DNA of 64,000 nt from Camelus ferus. Its lineage: Eukaryota. Of the stretch, positions 26,138 to 38,270 are shown piece after piece. The stretch's first letter is position 1. Each line of letters starts with the position of its first letter. The translations under genes were made by a program, and so were the position numbers. Below the pieces are notes generated by a model, which saw only the letters and a list, made by a program, of their open reading frames with translations, was not told where the DNA came from and made no database searches. The stretch is taken from positions 3,536,001-3,600,000 of the forward strand of contig NC_045698.1 of the NCBI RefSeq assembly GCF_009834535.1. Reading direction: 5' to 3'.

Positions 26138-26789
26138 TTGTTTGGTAAATTTGATGCCCTGAACAATGGAGCACATTTAGGGACATTCAGAAAGCCTGAA
26201 CAGCACTGGGAGGCAGAGGGAGGCTGGGGATCAGAGCAGCTTCCATTTCCACTGACCTCGTGGGGTGTGACGCCTAAGTCATCACGAGTTCCCAGTCTGC
26301 TGCGCCCGCAGTGGGGTTTTGCTCTGTGAAGTCTCTGGTGGTGAAGAGCTTATCACCCTGTTGCCTGTGTTTCTTTCTGTTTTATTCTTGTCCGTTTCCT
26401 GCTGTTACCTCTCGAATGGAAACACAAGTGAGTGTACTTAGTATTGTGTTTGTTCTGAGAAATGACGGGTGTTCCCAACTCTAGAAACAACAGAAAAGTA
26501 ATAGACGGCTTCATCAAATCTACGCTGGCACCGAAAGCAAGACACGTGTTTAAAGATGTTAAAATGTAGGGGGAAGGTACAAGCCACCTTAGAACTGATG
26601 AAACTCACGGGTAAAAATCGCCCAGACAGCTCAGAAAAGCAGACTGTCAGTGGTCAGCCCCGTGGCTAGCACAGGGGCCTGGAAACACGGCAGGTTTTTC
26701 AAAATAGAGATTTCATTAGCCCTCTGCCTGCCTTTCCCTGGGGGGCGCGTTCCACGTTTGTGAGCCTTTGCTGAGCACCCCACTGTCTC

Positions 26790-27420
26790 ACACAGGGCAC
26801 ATGACCACGCGAGGAGGCTGCTACAGAGACCTGAGATTCCCCGTGAACGCGTCCTTCTGCAGCCCCGACACCCGGCCTGCCGCGGGGGTCACGCCCTGCA
26901 AAGTGTCTGCCTGCCCCCCCAGGTGAGCGCGCCGGGTTCCTCTGAACATGGGTCAGAGCTTTGCAAGCGTAACGCCGAGTCCTCGGTGCTCCACAGCCTG
27001 GGGCGTGGGAGCGCGAACCCCGGCCAGGTAATCCGTAACCACGGAGGCCGAGAGACCCAGGGCCGCGGGCCCCGGGGGCCAGGTGCGGGGCCGGCAGCAA
27101 GCCCCCCGGGAACCCCGGTCAGCGTGGCGGAGGCTCTCGTGCAGGCGGCGCTGTGCTGTGTCCCTGCAGGCGGCACCCGGGGACGCGCTCGCTCTCAGCC
27201 TCCCGCCCCTCCGCTGTTTCCTTTTCTTTCTGAGTGACACGTGTCACAAGAACCCACTCGCGGGGCCGCCCCGGCGGCGGGGGAGCAGTGGACACGGCGC
27301 ACGAGCCCGGCCGCAGAAGGCAGGTGTCACCCCGCTCACCTGTCGTCGGTCCTGCCGCCCCTGCATGTTCCTAAATGAAGCGCAGGTTCCCCGAGATGGG
27401 GATGGGGAAGGACCCCAAGA
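26790..27420. promoter_or_regulatory. Intragenic CpG-rich island over and downstream of exon ~18
   Basis: High GC with dense CpG by eye (ggccgcgggccccgggggcc, gcggggccgccccggcggcgggg); not computed. Confidence 0.55.
26796..26922 (+). CDS. ADAMTS16: Coding exon (~exon 18): second half of a TSR, isolated between 19-kb and 36-kb introns
   Basis: ctcacacag|GG...CCCAG|gtgagc; 127 nt; (G)HMTTRGGCYRDLRFPVNASFCSPDTRPAAGVTPCKVSACPP(S). Supplies the phase 1-to-2 link needed between the flanking exons. Not in the ORF track. Confidence 0.94.
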
Positions 27421-28546
27421 GGGGCCGTGGTCCGGCCCTGCCCTTGGCAGCCCTCAAGCCCGGGCACATCCTAGTCTCCCCGCCTCTCGCCTGCTTCGTG
27501 TCCACAGAGGGGTTGGGGGTCACCCACCGTGGTTACAGAATGGAAGTCTCACTCCAGCCAGACCCTGCAGACGGCAAGGCACTCATCACCATCCATGTGA
27601 CCTCACCCGTCTTGATTCCAAAGAGCCAGGAGCGCTGGCTTTGCTGAGCCGCTCAGAAGCGCCACGCCCACTGCCTTTCCCGGAGACGGTGAAACCCAGG
27701 CGTGTGGGAGGCGCTGCCTCCCTTCGCTCTGAGCTGCGTGCGTCCCTGGATAGACATGGAGATCACGGACCAGCATCTGAGGGGCTGGGACCTTGCCCCC
27801 CAGCACTAGGAAGGGGGAGGGCCTCCCTGGAAGATCCGTCGTCCCTCAGAAGCTGGGGACCGGCCACCTTATACGGCCAGTGGCCCTGACTCAGCTGGTT
27901 TCTCGCCACACGCCCTGCAGCGTGACAGTGAGAGAGACGAGGGTCAAAACTTGCATAAGGAATCCAGTGCTTCAGGCCCCTCACCCATCACCCCCTAGGC
28001 CTTGGAGCCTGCCTGGGAATTCTTCCCGCCTGAAGGAGGCTCCTGGGGTTGATTCAGCCTCTGGCCCAGGTCTCACGTCTGTCAGAGACCCTGCAGATGG
28101 TCCAGGAGCCCCCGAGGGGTGTGCAGGGCTGCACGGACAGGAGCACGGCCACCATGGGCTCCTTCTGTGCCTGAAGCGACACACCAAATGCCCGCCCTCC
28201 AGGACGGTTCAGGAAGTGAACCCTGTGGCTGGCACAGTACCGTTTCTGAGAAAATGAGCCTCCTGTCCGAAGGAAACGAGGGGCCAGACAGGCAGGGCTC
28301 CCCCAGGCTGCTGAGTTGTTGCACCAACGTGACCTCCTCTGCCCAGTGTTCCAGGTGACACTGTGCATCGCCGTGACCTCCGATCGCATCTCCAAGGAGC
28401 CTTGCCGAGGAGGATGTCAGTGCTGCCTGCACTGAAGTTCTCTTTGCACTGAGTTCTTGCCAAGGCAGCACAGTCTAGGGCACCTCCAGGAACGCAGTTA
28501 AGCATGCTGAGAAGTAGAAAAACCTCACTAACTTAGACTAAGAGGG

Positions 28547-28571
28547 GTGTGTGTGTGTGTGTGTGTGTGTG
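28547..28571. repeat. (GT)n microsatellite
   Basis: About 12 GT units. Confidence 0.9.
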
Positions 28572-29664
28572 ACTTTTACGTGCAGGAGAAACTGAACTGA
28601 GTGGCCCCGTGTGAGAGTGAATCTGTCAGCACGTGAAAGCTCAGGCCAACCGGGAGTATTTGGTGCTCGCGTGGCACCCTGCCAGCTGGGCGTGGTGATG
28701 CCTTTTACAGTAAGCACGAGGGAACGCTCGCTCCACCCCCGGACTAAGTCACCCACCCCTGGGCTCCCCACTTTGTGATTTTAAGCATCACACAACTCGC
28801 ATGTGACGTGATGGCTGGGACATCCCTGAACAGGCCTCTCTGCATCCACCAGACGTGCAGGGGTCCCCCTGGGATGCAGGAGAGGACGGGGTCAGCCCCA
28901 CCGCAGGGGGAGAAAGCTGGGCGCTCCGCCTTCCTCTCCCGGGGCCGCCTCCTGGTGATGGGCCCTCAGGGAGGGCATCCAAGGGGATGCCCCGCTGCCA
29001 CCTGTGCACTGTCACTCCTGATGACAGGCCACGGCTACAGTCCCATCCTGTGCAGGTATCAGAACACCACCTGCCACTGAGGTCAGTGAGGGAATCCCAG
29101 CAACCCTTACATGGCCGCGGCAAGTTGCCGTTACCCTGGACCGTTTTGCATGACTTCCATCATCATCTCTGTGTCCATTTAGATATCTTTGTTCCTGGTG
29201 CAGAATTTTCATCCTTACGATTCTGGAAAAATCCCTCTGAGGTCAGATCTTAGTTTTGCCTACTGACATATCCCAAGGGACAAACGCTGTGTCTGGCTCT
29301 CAGTAAACGCTTGTGGAATCGGGGGATGAGCCAGGGTGACACAGGCGAGGGGCGTGGCCCCGGGAAAGTGGCTTCACCTTCCGGGCCCCACCTTCCTCAG
29401 CTGTAAGATGACAAAGAGAAAACGTGTGCAGACGCGTGCCCTGAGCATGAGGCTCGTGGCCCCGCTCCCCCTGCGCAGGTGCCGCAGGTGAGCCTGGCCA
29501 GTCCTATTTGAAATGCTGCCCCGAAAAATAAGATACTGCTTAACTGACTGTCCCTTAATACACAGTCAGCCTTGCTGGTATGTTTCCACCGTCTCTCATG
29601 CAAAGGACCCGCCTGGGGCCTGCCTCCTTCAAGGGCTGCCCCAGGAGCAGCAGTGTCTGTATTA

Positions 29665-29762
29665 CTCTTTTTGGTATTGAAGCAGAGTTGATCTACAGTG
29701 TGGCGCTGGTTTCTGGTGTACAGCACAGTGATTTGGTCACACATGTATATGTTCTTTTTCTG
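29665..29762 (-). mobile_element. Short L1 3'-end fragment
   Basis: attgaagcagagttgatctacagtgtg...tttctggtgtacagcacagtgatt. Confidence 0.65.
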
Positions 29763-31904
29763 CGTTGTAGCTTTAGAAACTGAGGTCCCGTCGGAAGCTC
29801 AGTTGCCTGGTCATCCAGGATGGCCAGGAGGGGCCCCTCCACGTGCATTTTCTCTCTCTGGTCGTTAACAGACCCCCAACACTCACTCTTGCACGCTCCC
29901 ACACTCGCACCTACGCACATTCTCTCACTCACTCGCACACGGATGCCCAGTTGGACACTCCCCATTCTTCCTCCCAGCTCACCGCCCAGCTAGTGGGATG
30001 CGAGCAGGAGTGATGCAGGTGCCTTCCATGCAGGTCCCGCAAAGGCTCTTTCTCCTGTGTCTGTCCCGTCTCCGTGGGCAACAGCAGAGCTGGCGTTAGT
30101 GGCAGCTCCAGCCACGTGGCCAGAGCACGGGAGTCCCAAGAGGGAGGCAGCAGAATCCCTGACACCTCCTGGGGCAGAGCTGCCCCACCCGCCCCCAAGT
30201 GCCTCCAGCACAGCCTTCGGTGAGAAGGGAACAGCTTCTCCCCCGTGTTTGAGCCGTGCTTCCTTGGTCTCCCTCTCCTGCCTCCAACGTGCCACCCCTG
30301 TGAGGCCTTGGTTCCCAACGCCCCCTGCTGGCCACAGCCTCTTTGTGGTTGCAGCTCATGGTCTCCTGGATCCACACTCAAGCTGTCCTTTTGTCTCACC
30401 AGGGAGGACCGTCTTTCCACCCCCTATTGTCCAGCCTGCTGAACCCCCTTGTCCAACTCTAGTTGCCCAGAAAACCCAACCTGGCAACACCTCGCTCATC
30501 CCTCTGCTCCACGTGGGGCTCAGGAGCCAACGGCTGCCAGAAATTCACAAGCCACCTGAATGCACAGCCACTGGCATCCATGGACGCCAGGACAGTGGGC
30601 GGTCCTGACACCCCTCCCTGGACATCTGGTCCTTCCCAGGACAGTGCCTTTACGTCACCTCCCGCCTCCTCCAGCTCCCTTCTTCTCCATCTCACACTCT
30701 CAGCCTGTGACCTCAGACCTCAGAGATGGGTGTCAGACAACGGGCACCTCTCCTCCCACCCACGCCACCTGCCACTCTCCCTGCTCTCTCTGCCTTCCCT
30801 CCTGCACTCGGGGCCAACACCTGCTTCCCCCAGAAGCCGCCCTAGTTACTTCCCGATGCCCCTTTCCCTTCGTGCTTAGGGATTCCTTGCAAGAAAGAGT
30901 TTTAAATGGGTGTCTGGTTTTCCTTAAGCTCTACTATAAATATATATATGTTTGTACTTTGCTAATTTTTCCTGTAAGTCCCTGTCTGGCCAGTTGTCTC
31001 TCTCACTGGGCCACCTCCACCTCCATACAGTTTGTCTCTTGGTTGTCAGGGACCCAGAGCCAATGAGGTCTCCGGGTTCTTCTCTGTCCTATACGCTGCA
31101 CTTACTCAGGTAGGAAGCTGTCAACAGCTTTGTGTGCTGAGAGCAAAGGTACCACTCAGGCAAAAAGATGAGTCTAGTGGACGTTGGCACTGATGTGGGA
31201 ACAGCTGGGAGAAAATGCAGTCGCGGGGCTCCATGTCACCCTACAAAGTCCGGAGGCCCCCATCTTACCCAATTCTTGGATTTATGCATCTAATATTTTT
31301 GAATATTTGCATTTCTCTGAAAGAGGAAACTTTGGGAGACAATAAAAAGCCTGGCGGTAAAGCTAATGCCCTGCGTCCCTGCCGGGAGACTCCTGAGGAG
31401 GACGAGGGTGGGGCCTGCCCGTTGGTTCACAGTTCCCGCCCCTCACCCCCCACGACCCCACCCCCACCCCCCACCCCTCCCCAGCGAGCACAGGGGCCTC
31501 CAGGTGGAAGGAGATATCACAGCTCCCAACCCACAACTCTTCTGCATCAGACCCCTTTCCTGGCGCGGACTTGGTCCTCCTGGCTTGTGCCAAGGGGCCA
31601 GAGCAGCATGGCGCGTGCACCAGCTCGCACCCTGGTCAAAGCTGTGGATGGGGCTGCCACCTACCTGGGTTCAAATCCCCGCAGTAGCCAGGCCCGCCTG
31701 GCAGGTAATCCGCGCAAGGTAGGGTGAAGATTTGCTGAGGGAATCCAGGGAGAAGCCCTCCGCGCAGTACACGTGCTTTTAATTTCGGCTATAAAAGGAG
31801 AAACAGGTCACGTAGTCATTGATTCAGTCTGTGAAGCAAACTATCAATGACAGACACAAGGATGAACCGATATTATATGCATCCATCCTCATGGGTTGTC
31901 CTTT

Positions 31905-32490
31905 TATTTATTTATGTGTTCATTTAAGTGAAGTGTAGTCGATTTACAATGTTGTGAGAATTTCTGGTGTACAGCATAGTGATGCACTTATGCATATATA
32001 TACACATTCCTTTTCATATTCTTTGTCACTATAGGCATGACAAGGTATTGAGTATACTTCCCTGTGCTCTACAGGAGGACCTTGGTATCTATTTCATATA
32101 TAGTAGTATGCAACTACAAATCCTGAACTCCCAATTTATCCCTCCCCACTCTTTTCCCCACTGGCAACCATAAGTTTGTCTTCTATGTCTGTCTCTGTTT
32201 TGTAAATAAGTTCATTAGTGTCATCTTTTGTATTTTTTTAGATTCCACATATGAGTGACATCATATGATATTTCTCTTTCTCTTTCTGGCTTACTTCCCT
32301 TAGTATTGATGATTTCCAGCTCCATCCATGTTGCTGCAAACAATGTTATTTTCTTCTTTTTTATGGCTGAGTAGTATTCCATTATATAAATACACCATAA
32401 CTTCTTTATCCAGTCATCTGTGGATGCACGCTTAGATTGCTTCCATGTCTTGGCTGTTGTAAATAGTGCTGCTGTGAATACTGGAGTGCA
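31905..32490 (-). mobile_element. 5'-truncated L1 (about 590 bp of 3' end)
   Basis: gaagtgtagtcgatttacaatgttgtg...ttagattccacatatgagtga...tccatccatgttgctgcaaa; TSD tgtc(c/t)ttttattt at 31897 and 32491. Confidence 0.88.
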
Positions 32491-33074
32491 TGTCTTTTTA
32501 TTTCAACAATTGACTTGGGAAAATACGTCTTAATTTAAAAAGCTGAAAGGTAATATACATTTCTCTCTTGCCCAGAATACTGACAGATTTTTTTGTTCTT
32601 GATTAAGTGGGCAGCAGACCCACATTTTATTTTTCCAACAAGGAAAGTGCTTGTCTTTCTTACTAACTGTGTCTCTTGCGGGGCGTTGGTCAGAGGCCCT
32701 CTCCAGCCCGGTGTCCACGCCTTCTCTCTGGCCTCACAAGCGGCAGCAGCTGCACTTCGGAGCTGCAACACTCAGCCTCCCTGCTCACCCCCAACCCCAG
32801 TTTTTGGCTGAGTCCAGGGCAGGGAGGATACAGCAGAGTTCACTGTGGTGTTTCATGTTCGACGTGAAGGAAGCTCCCCAAAGGATTGGAGAGCAGAGTC
32901 TTTAAAACACCTTAATCCACGGGCCTTCTTGTTTTTGACTTCTATGAACGACAAAACTGCTCTGCTGGTTGGAAGCCCTCATACCCTCTGTCCTCGTCCA
33001 TCCACATCCACGTGAGCGCACGGCCACGTCTAAGGCTCACACAGCCTCGGGGATGGGATCCCCAGGCCTTAAAT

Positions 33075-33354
33075 CTCCGCGGGGGCGGAGAGCTGGGAGT
33101 CCAGGAGCCTCCTCGCTGGAGGAAGATGATCTCAAAACATCAGCGAGGCCCCGGTCAGCGGAGCATCACGGCTGAGTAGCGGAGCGTCGGCGCCCCCGGG
33201 GCTCCCCGGGGACCGCGCGCAGCCTCCAGCGTCCTGCGCGCCTGGAAGGCGGCTCCCCGGGCCGCGCCCGGATGGCCGCGCGCCGCTCTCCGCCGCGCAG
33301 TTGACCCAGGCGCGGGCGTTTTCATCGCTGGCTTTTGAATCCTGAGCTATAAAA
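33075..33354. promoter_or_regulatory. Short orphan CpG island with GC box and TATAAAA
   Basis: About 30 CpG in 33143-33328 (hand count); GGGGGCGGAG at 33081; TATAAAA at 33348-33354. Function not shown. Confidence 0.45.
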
Positions 33355-34047
33355 CACACATTTTTATTTCCTCGGTGTTCCTCAGCTAATCTAAACCGAG
33401 TGGCTCTTCCTGTCACCTGTCTGGTTTTCGAAGCACAAACACTAATCGTACTTTCCCCTGGACAGCGAGCTGAAGACAGCACCAGAGGAGACACTTTCCA
33501 GATGGTAAATGGATGCCTTTCCTCTCTCTTCAGCATTCTTCTCGGAATGCAGAGTAAGAGCGCCGGTAAAGCGTACTGTCGTCAGATGCCCTCTCCTCTC
33601 TACAGACGGAGGCCCCTCTCTATTCCTCTCCGCCCGGTACTCTGATGGTCCCACTGTTTCTGCCCACACTTCACTGACTCCCTGCAAACCCATCAGTAGA
33701 ACTGTTTCTTTTACAAGGGAGATATGGAGGCGGGCCGCTGCATCCATTTGGTTGCACACTGTAGATGTAAGAGATGAGACACAGCAGGGTAGCTTCACTG
33801 CCAGCGCCCTCCTTAGAGCAGCCCTGCCCTGCGACAGAAAAGGGGCAGTAACTTTTTTGTCTCAGCTCTCTTAGATATAAGCCCAGACAGTATTCACTGC
33901 CCAGGAGTGTTTGGGTTACCGAGGGAATGAAAAGGACCCTTGTCACTGAGGTGGTCTGTATATGTGACAGGGTTTAACTCTCAGGATGCTTCAGAAGTGA
34001 GCATCTCAGTTCATTTAGTTGCCACAGTCACTGGGGATAAACTAGGT

Positions 34048-34205
34048 GTAGAACTGGCTGCTGGGGCGTGTGACCTGCCCCAGTCACCCAGGGCCTTGGG
34101 CTCAGAAGAGTCCCCCCAGGGTTTAATTCTCTGCTGCCACCAACTTGAAATGCCTAATGATCTGTCACCTTGCACTGGATTCCACAAATGACACGGTCAG
34201 TCCTG
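34048..34205. mobile_element. MER91-like hAT-Tip100 element
   Basis: gggcgtgtgacctgcccagtcacccagggcc...gtttaattctctgctgcc...cttgaaat...ttgcactggattccacaaatg...cagtcctg. Confidence 0.7.
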
Positions 34206-37200
34206 CCCAGCAGCCCCACTTCTGTTTCAACATTGCTTTCTGGAGTCTTTGGGAATTGTACTAGAATGTTTCTTTTTTTGGTAAATCAGGTATGCATCGC
34301 TCTTGTGTTTGGAATGCAATGACTTCAAATCGTGGATTTCTCTGGCGACAGCACAGTGGCAGGTGTGAAGGTTAAAGGACACTTGGCACAGTTACCTTTC
34401 CTTACTTTCTTTTCACTTAACGGGATGGGCGCCGTTTTTGCTGAACTCAAGAACAATTGCACGTGAATGGAGCAATGGTGAGGAGCGCTTAACAGGATCT
34501 GTTAGGATGTGTCCCCTGGGCTCCGCAGCCTCCTGTCCTGTTTTTCTGGGAGTGTGCCTGGCTGTATCAGGGCAACTGGCACTACAGCTCAAGCCCCCAG
34601 ATGCCACCTCCCCGAGGGGGACCCTAATCTTCTTTAGATGCCTTGTCCTCGCCCCATTGCTCCCCTACTGAAAAGGCATCTAACCTTCTCCATTTCATCA
34701 GGGAAACCCGAAGTATTATAGCATCTATAACTGATACTTTTTGGAGAAACGTTCAGCTAAAGTGTAGAGTTGCCAGCTCAGGTGGGAGTGTCCTGAACTG
34801 AGACTGTGTCATCACCTGTGACTACACAGGGGTGGCAACATCTCAGTATAAAAGATGGCATCTTAATGTGTCTCCCCCAGGAAGGACACCACGTAACACC
34901 AACACAATGACTAAAACGCATCCAGCCTGGCACAGACGTCTGTTCCAGGATATCCCTGATGAAAATCAAGTTTGCAAATGTGGACAGCTTGGTCCTAAGC
35001 AAGACTGAGTTGACTTTTCCTCGGTCACTGATATATTAACATAGAAACCATTGCAGAAGCAGTGGAGATATAAACATTAGCTTTTTAGATCTGGATTTAC
35101 CATTTCACATTGAAAAATCTGCCTTACATAGTTCTATAAAACATTTGTTATTGTTTCTTTTGCCTGTTTGTTTGTTTTGTTTTGGTGCGTACATGTGTGT
35201 GTGCATTTTGTTGTTTTATCTGTATGCATGTGTCCATGTGAGCAAAGGCAGAAAGGCACCTTGGGAGTACTTCTGTATTTTGGGGAACTAACCTGGTGCT
35301 CATGGTTAAATAATATCTAAGTTTTTCATAATATTTTCACTATTCTGGTCTTTAGTCCTCAATATGATTGACTCTAAAATTCACCGAGTCTAATAATGCA
35401 CCCTGTGGCATGTATTTCAAATATTTTGGAATAAAAATGAAAAGCAAATAGATGATAATTAGAAAGAATAAACAGATGAGAATTAGATTGAAAGAAAGAA
35501 AGAGAGAGAGGGAGGGAGGAGGGAAAGAATGGGGTTTACTGCAATCTGTGTCTGTGTCTGCATATTCACTGCAAGGATACTAATCGGTGCTTCTGGAAAT
35601 ACTTGTTGAAGCTTCACTCGGAATCACGTCTTTTTTGGGGAGAGAATAAAATATGTTGTTTTTAGGTAAGATTAGGCACCACTGTTTTACTTTCTGATCT
35701 GTGAACTATTTAAAATGACTGTGGTTTTGCGTTTCTAAATTTAATCTGGTTTCACGGAAATTTTTGTTGTTGTTATTTCAGATGTTATTACATTGAGATC
35801 AAAGAAAGAGTTAAAGTTATATCATTTTTAGCCTTTTCAAGACTTCCTTTATGCCTTATAGTTGGAGTTTTTATAAATATTTTCCGTGGGAATGAAGAAA
35901 TGTGCGTTTTGTGTTGTATTCGGGTTATTTATATGACAGAGCAAACTCCTTATTTATGCAGACATGTGCTGACTTTTGTCTGTCTTGCTTATCTGTTTCT
36001 GAGAGAAATACTTTTAAATCTTAAATTATAGTTATTTATTTTTCAATTTCTCTGTTAATTTTATCTTATAATTTATGTTAAAATTCCACTTTTCGTGGTA
36101 AGGTAGGGTGATGGTTTCTGCGTAAGTTGCTCTTTATGATGAAATAGTGACCATCCTTCCCCGACATTGCTTTTCAACAGATGATCTCTTTTTTTTCAGA
36201 AATGCACATTGCAGCACTGGCTTTCACTTGATTATTTTTGGCCTGCCTGACATTTCTTCATTCTCTTTATTTTTAAATGTCTATATTATTTAAGTTTCTC
36301 TGTACCTTGAATAAATAATTTTCTGTTGCATTTCAACTCCATCAGATCAAGACTGTCTTTTGCACACAACCGTAGCCCATCGGTGTGCGGGTGATTGCTC
36401 TGCAACTGGATTTAGGTCTCGCAGCCTATTCTGTATCCCATTCACCAGGCCCGCCTGTGCATCTGATTGCTCCATGGCTCTAGCCTCTTCTGATGACCTG
36501 GAGAATTCTCTTTATGCTCTTTTATTGCCACTGTTGCAGGAAATAATATATTCTCGTTTTTTTTTTTTACTCCACTGCTTTTTGATATAAATAAATAAAA
36601 CAGACCACCGTATAAATTAGTATAACTTTAAAAACATCCAAGATTCCTTACCCATGATTATCATAAAACTCTCAGAAATAAGTAATTTATATAAAAAGCT
36701 AAGTGAACTGTGGCAGGGCTGAAACTAGAGTAAGTCTCCTTACAGATAAATTACACACAACTGCTAGAGCTCTCTGCGTGCGTTCTTTGAGGGAGGTGAG
36801 AAATCGCTGGAAAAGGAGCCAGACAGCAGACAGAAGACACCCACAGAAGGCGGGCGGTGGGGGGTTCTGAGCCTGCACCACCTGGGAAGCTGAGACCGGT
36901 CACATCCTGCCCCTCCAGCTTTGATAAAAGTTGGGGAGGTTTTGAGCATCAGCACCATGTGACCGTTTCTGGTAGGCTCTGGGAACAAAGGTACAGATGG
37001 AGAGAGAGAGAGAAGGGGTGATAAACAAAACCCCGAGCACAGGCACATCCCCCAGGGGTCTCACCATGAAGGAAAGCCGAGGGGCAGAAACCCAACCGTA
37101 AGTGGCCATGAAGCCCAGGGAGGGTCAGCTGCTGCTTCTCTCTTTCCACGTGGGAGCAGGTGCAGTGGGCAGTGGGCCTTTGGGAATGACCAGAATGGGG

Positions 37201-37346
37201 GTAGAGAGAGCAGATGTGGTGGCAGCTGTGAGGGTGGGCTCTAGGTGGGAGCAGGGATGGCCCAGGAGGGCTGGTGGCTGGACACTGAGCCAGGTCCTTC
37301 CTCATCCTTTTTGTTTTCCCAGTGAAAGAATCTGAGCCAAGGCCTC

Positions 37347-38270
37347 TGTTACCCAACTCAGGTCTGGCTGTTCACCACTTGAAAGCCAATATTTGAGAGG
37401 CAAGTGTTGGTAAGAAAGGAAAAGTTGCTTTAGTCAGGAGGCCAACAACCTGGGGAGAAGAACCAACTCATGTCCCAAAGAACCAACTCCCAGGTGCAGA
37501 TCAGGGGGCAGGAGTTTTTTTGTTTTGTTTTAGTAGTAAAAGGATTAATTTTATTTTTTTAATTGAAGTGTAGTTGATTTACAGTGTTAGTTTCAGGTGT
37601 ACAGCAAAGCAATTTAGTTATACACATATATATGGATGTGTTTTTTTCAGATTCTTTTCCATTGTATGTTATTACGAGAAACTGAATATAGCGCCTTGTG
37701 CTATGCAGCAGGTCCTTGTTGGTCATCTACTTTACGTATAGCGACGTGTGTCTATTAATAGGGTGCAAGAGCTTGTAAGGGGGGCTCCAGGGGGGCACAG
37801 GCAGAGGGAGGGGCTACGTGCAGAACAGCACAGTCAGCTCCAACAGTCATCTTGAAATTGGTCATGCATCACCTCAATTGTTTTAAGTACATTAATCTTG
37901 AGTTCCAGGGTCAGTTTTTCCCCATTTCCTTGAGGCCAGTTCTCAGAATTGTGCAAGACAGAGCAGCTTATGTCATGGCTACTGTCTGGTCATGCAGTTA
38001 ACTTCTTCCACCTGGTGGGGGCTTCAGTATCTGCAAAACAGCTCAAAAAACATGGTTCAGGACATTATCTGTCGCCCCTGAGGAGGAACTAAAGGTCCTT
38101 GACTTGGTTCAATGGCCAGACTATGATTCTTTTGTCTTGTTTGACTGTTTTTCTTTGCTTTTGCATTTTCTCACTGCTCTGATTAAATTTATTCTTTGGC
38201 TAAAGGTTTTCCTCAAACAAGAGGCAGGTGGAGGACCTGGGAAGGCTCCATCAGATCCTGCTCCGTTACA
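37347..38270. mobile_element. Solo ERV1-like LTR interrupted by an L1 fragment
   Basis: TGTTAC...GTTACA termini; flanks cctc/ccac (near 4-bp TSD); cagcacagtcagctccaacagtcatcttgaaattggtcatg as recalled for cetartiodactyl LTRs. Confidence 0.75.
37515..37758 (-). mobile_element. L1 3'-end fragment nested in the LTR
   Basis: T-rich tail, attgaagtgtagttgatttacagtgttagtttcaggtgtacagcaaag; degenerate TSD agggggcaggagttt / agggtgcaagagctt. Confidence 0.8.

Noticed and set aside
27083..27889. 268-aa ORF
   Set aside because: Stop-poor GC-rich sequence, non-ATG start, P/R/G/A-biased peptide with no recognisable domain.
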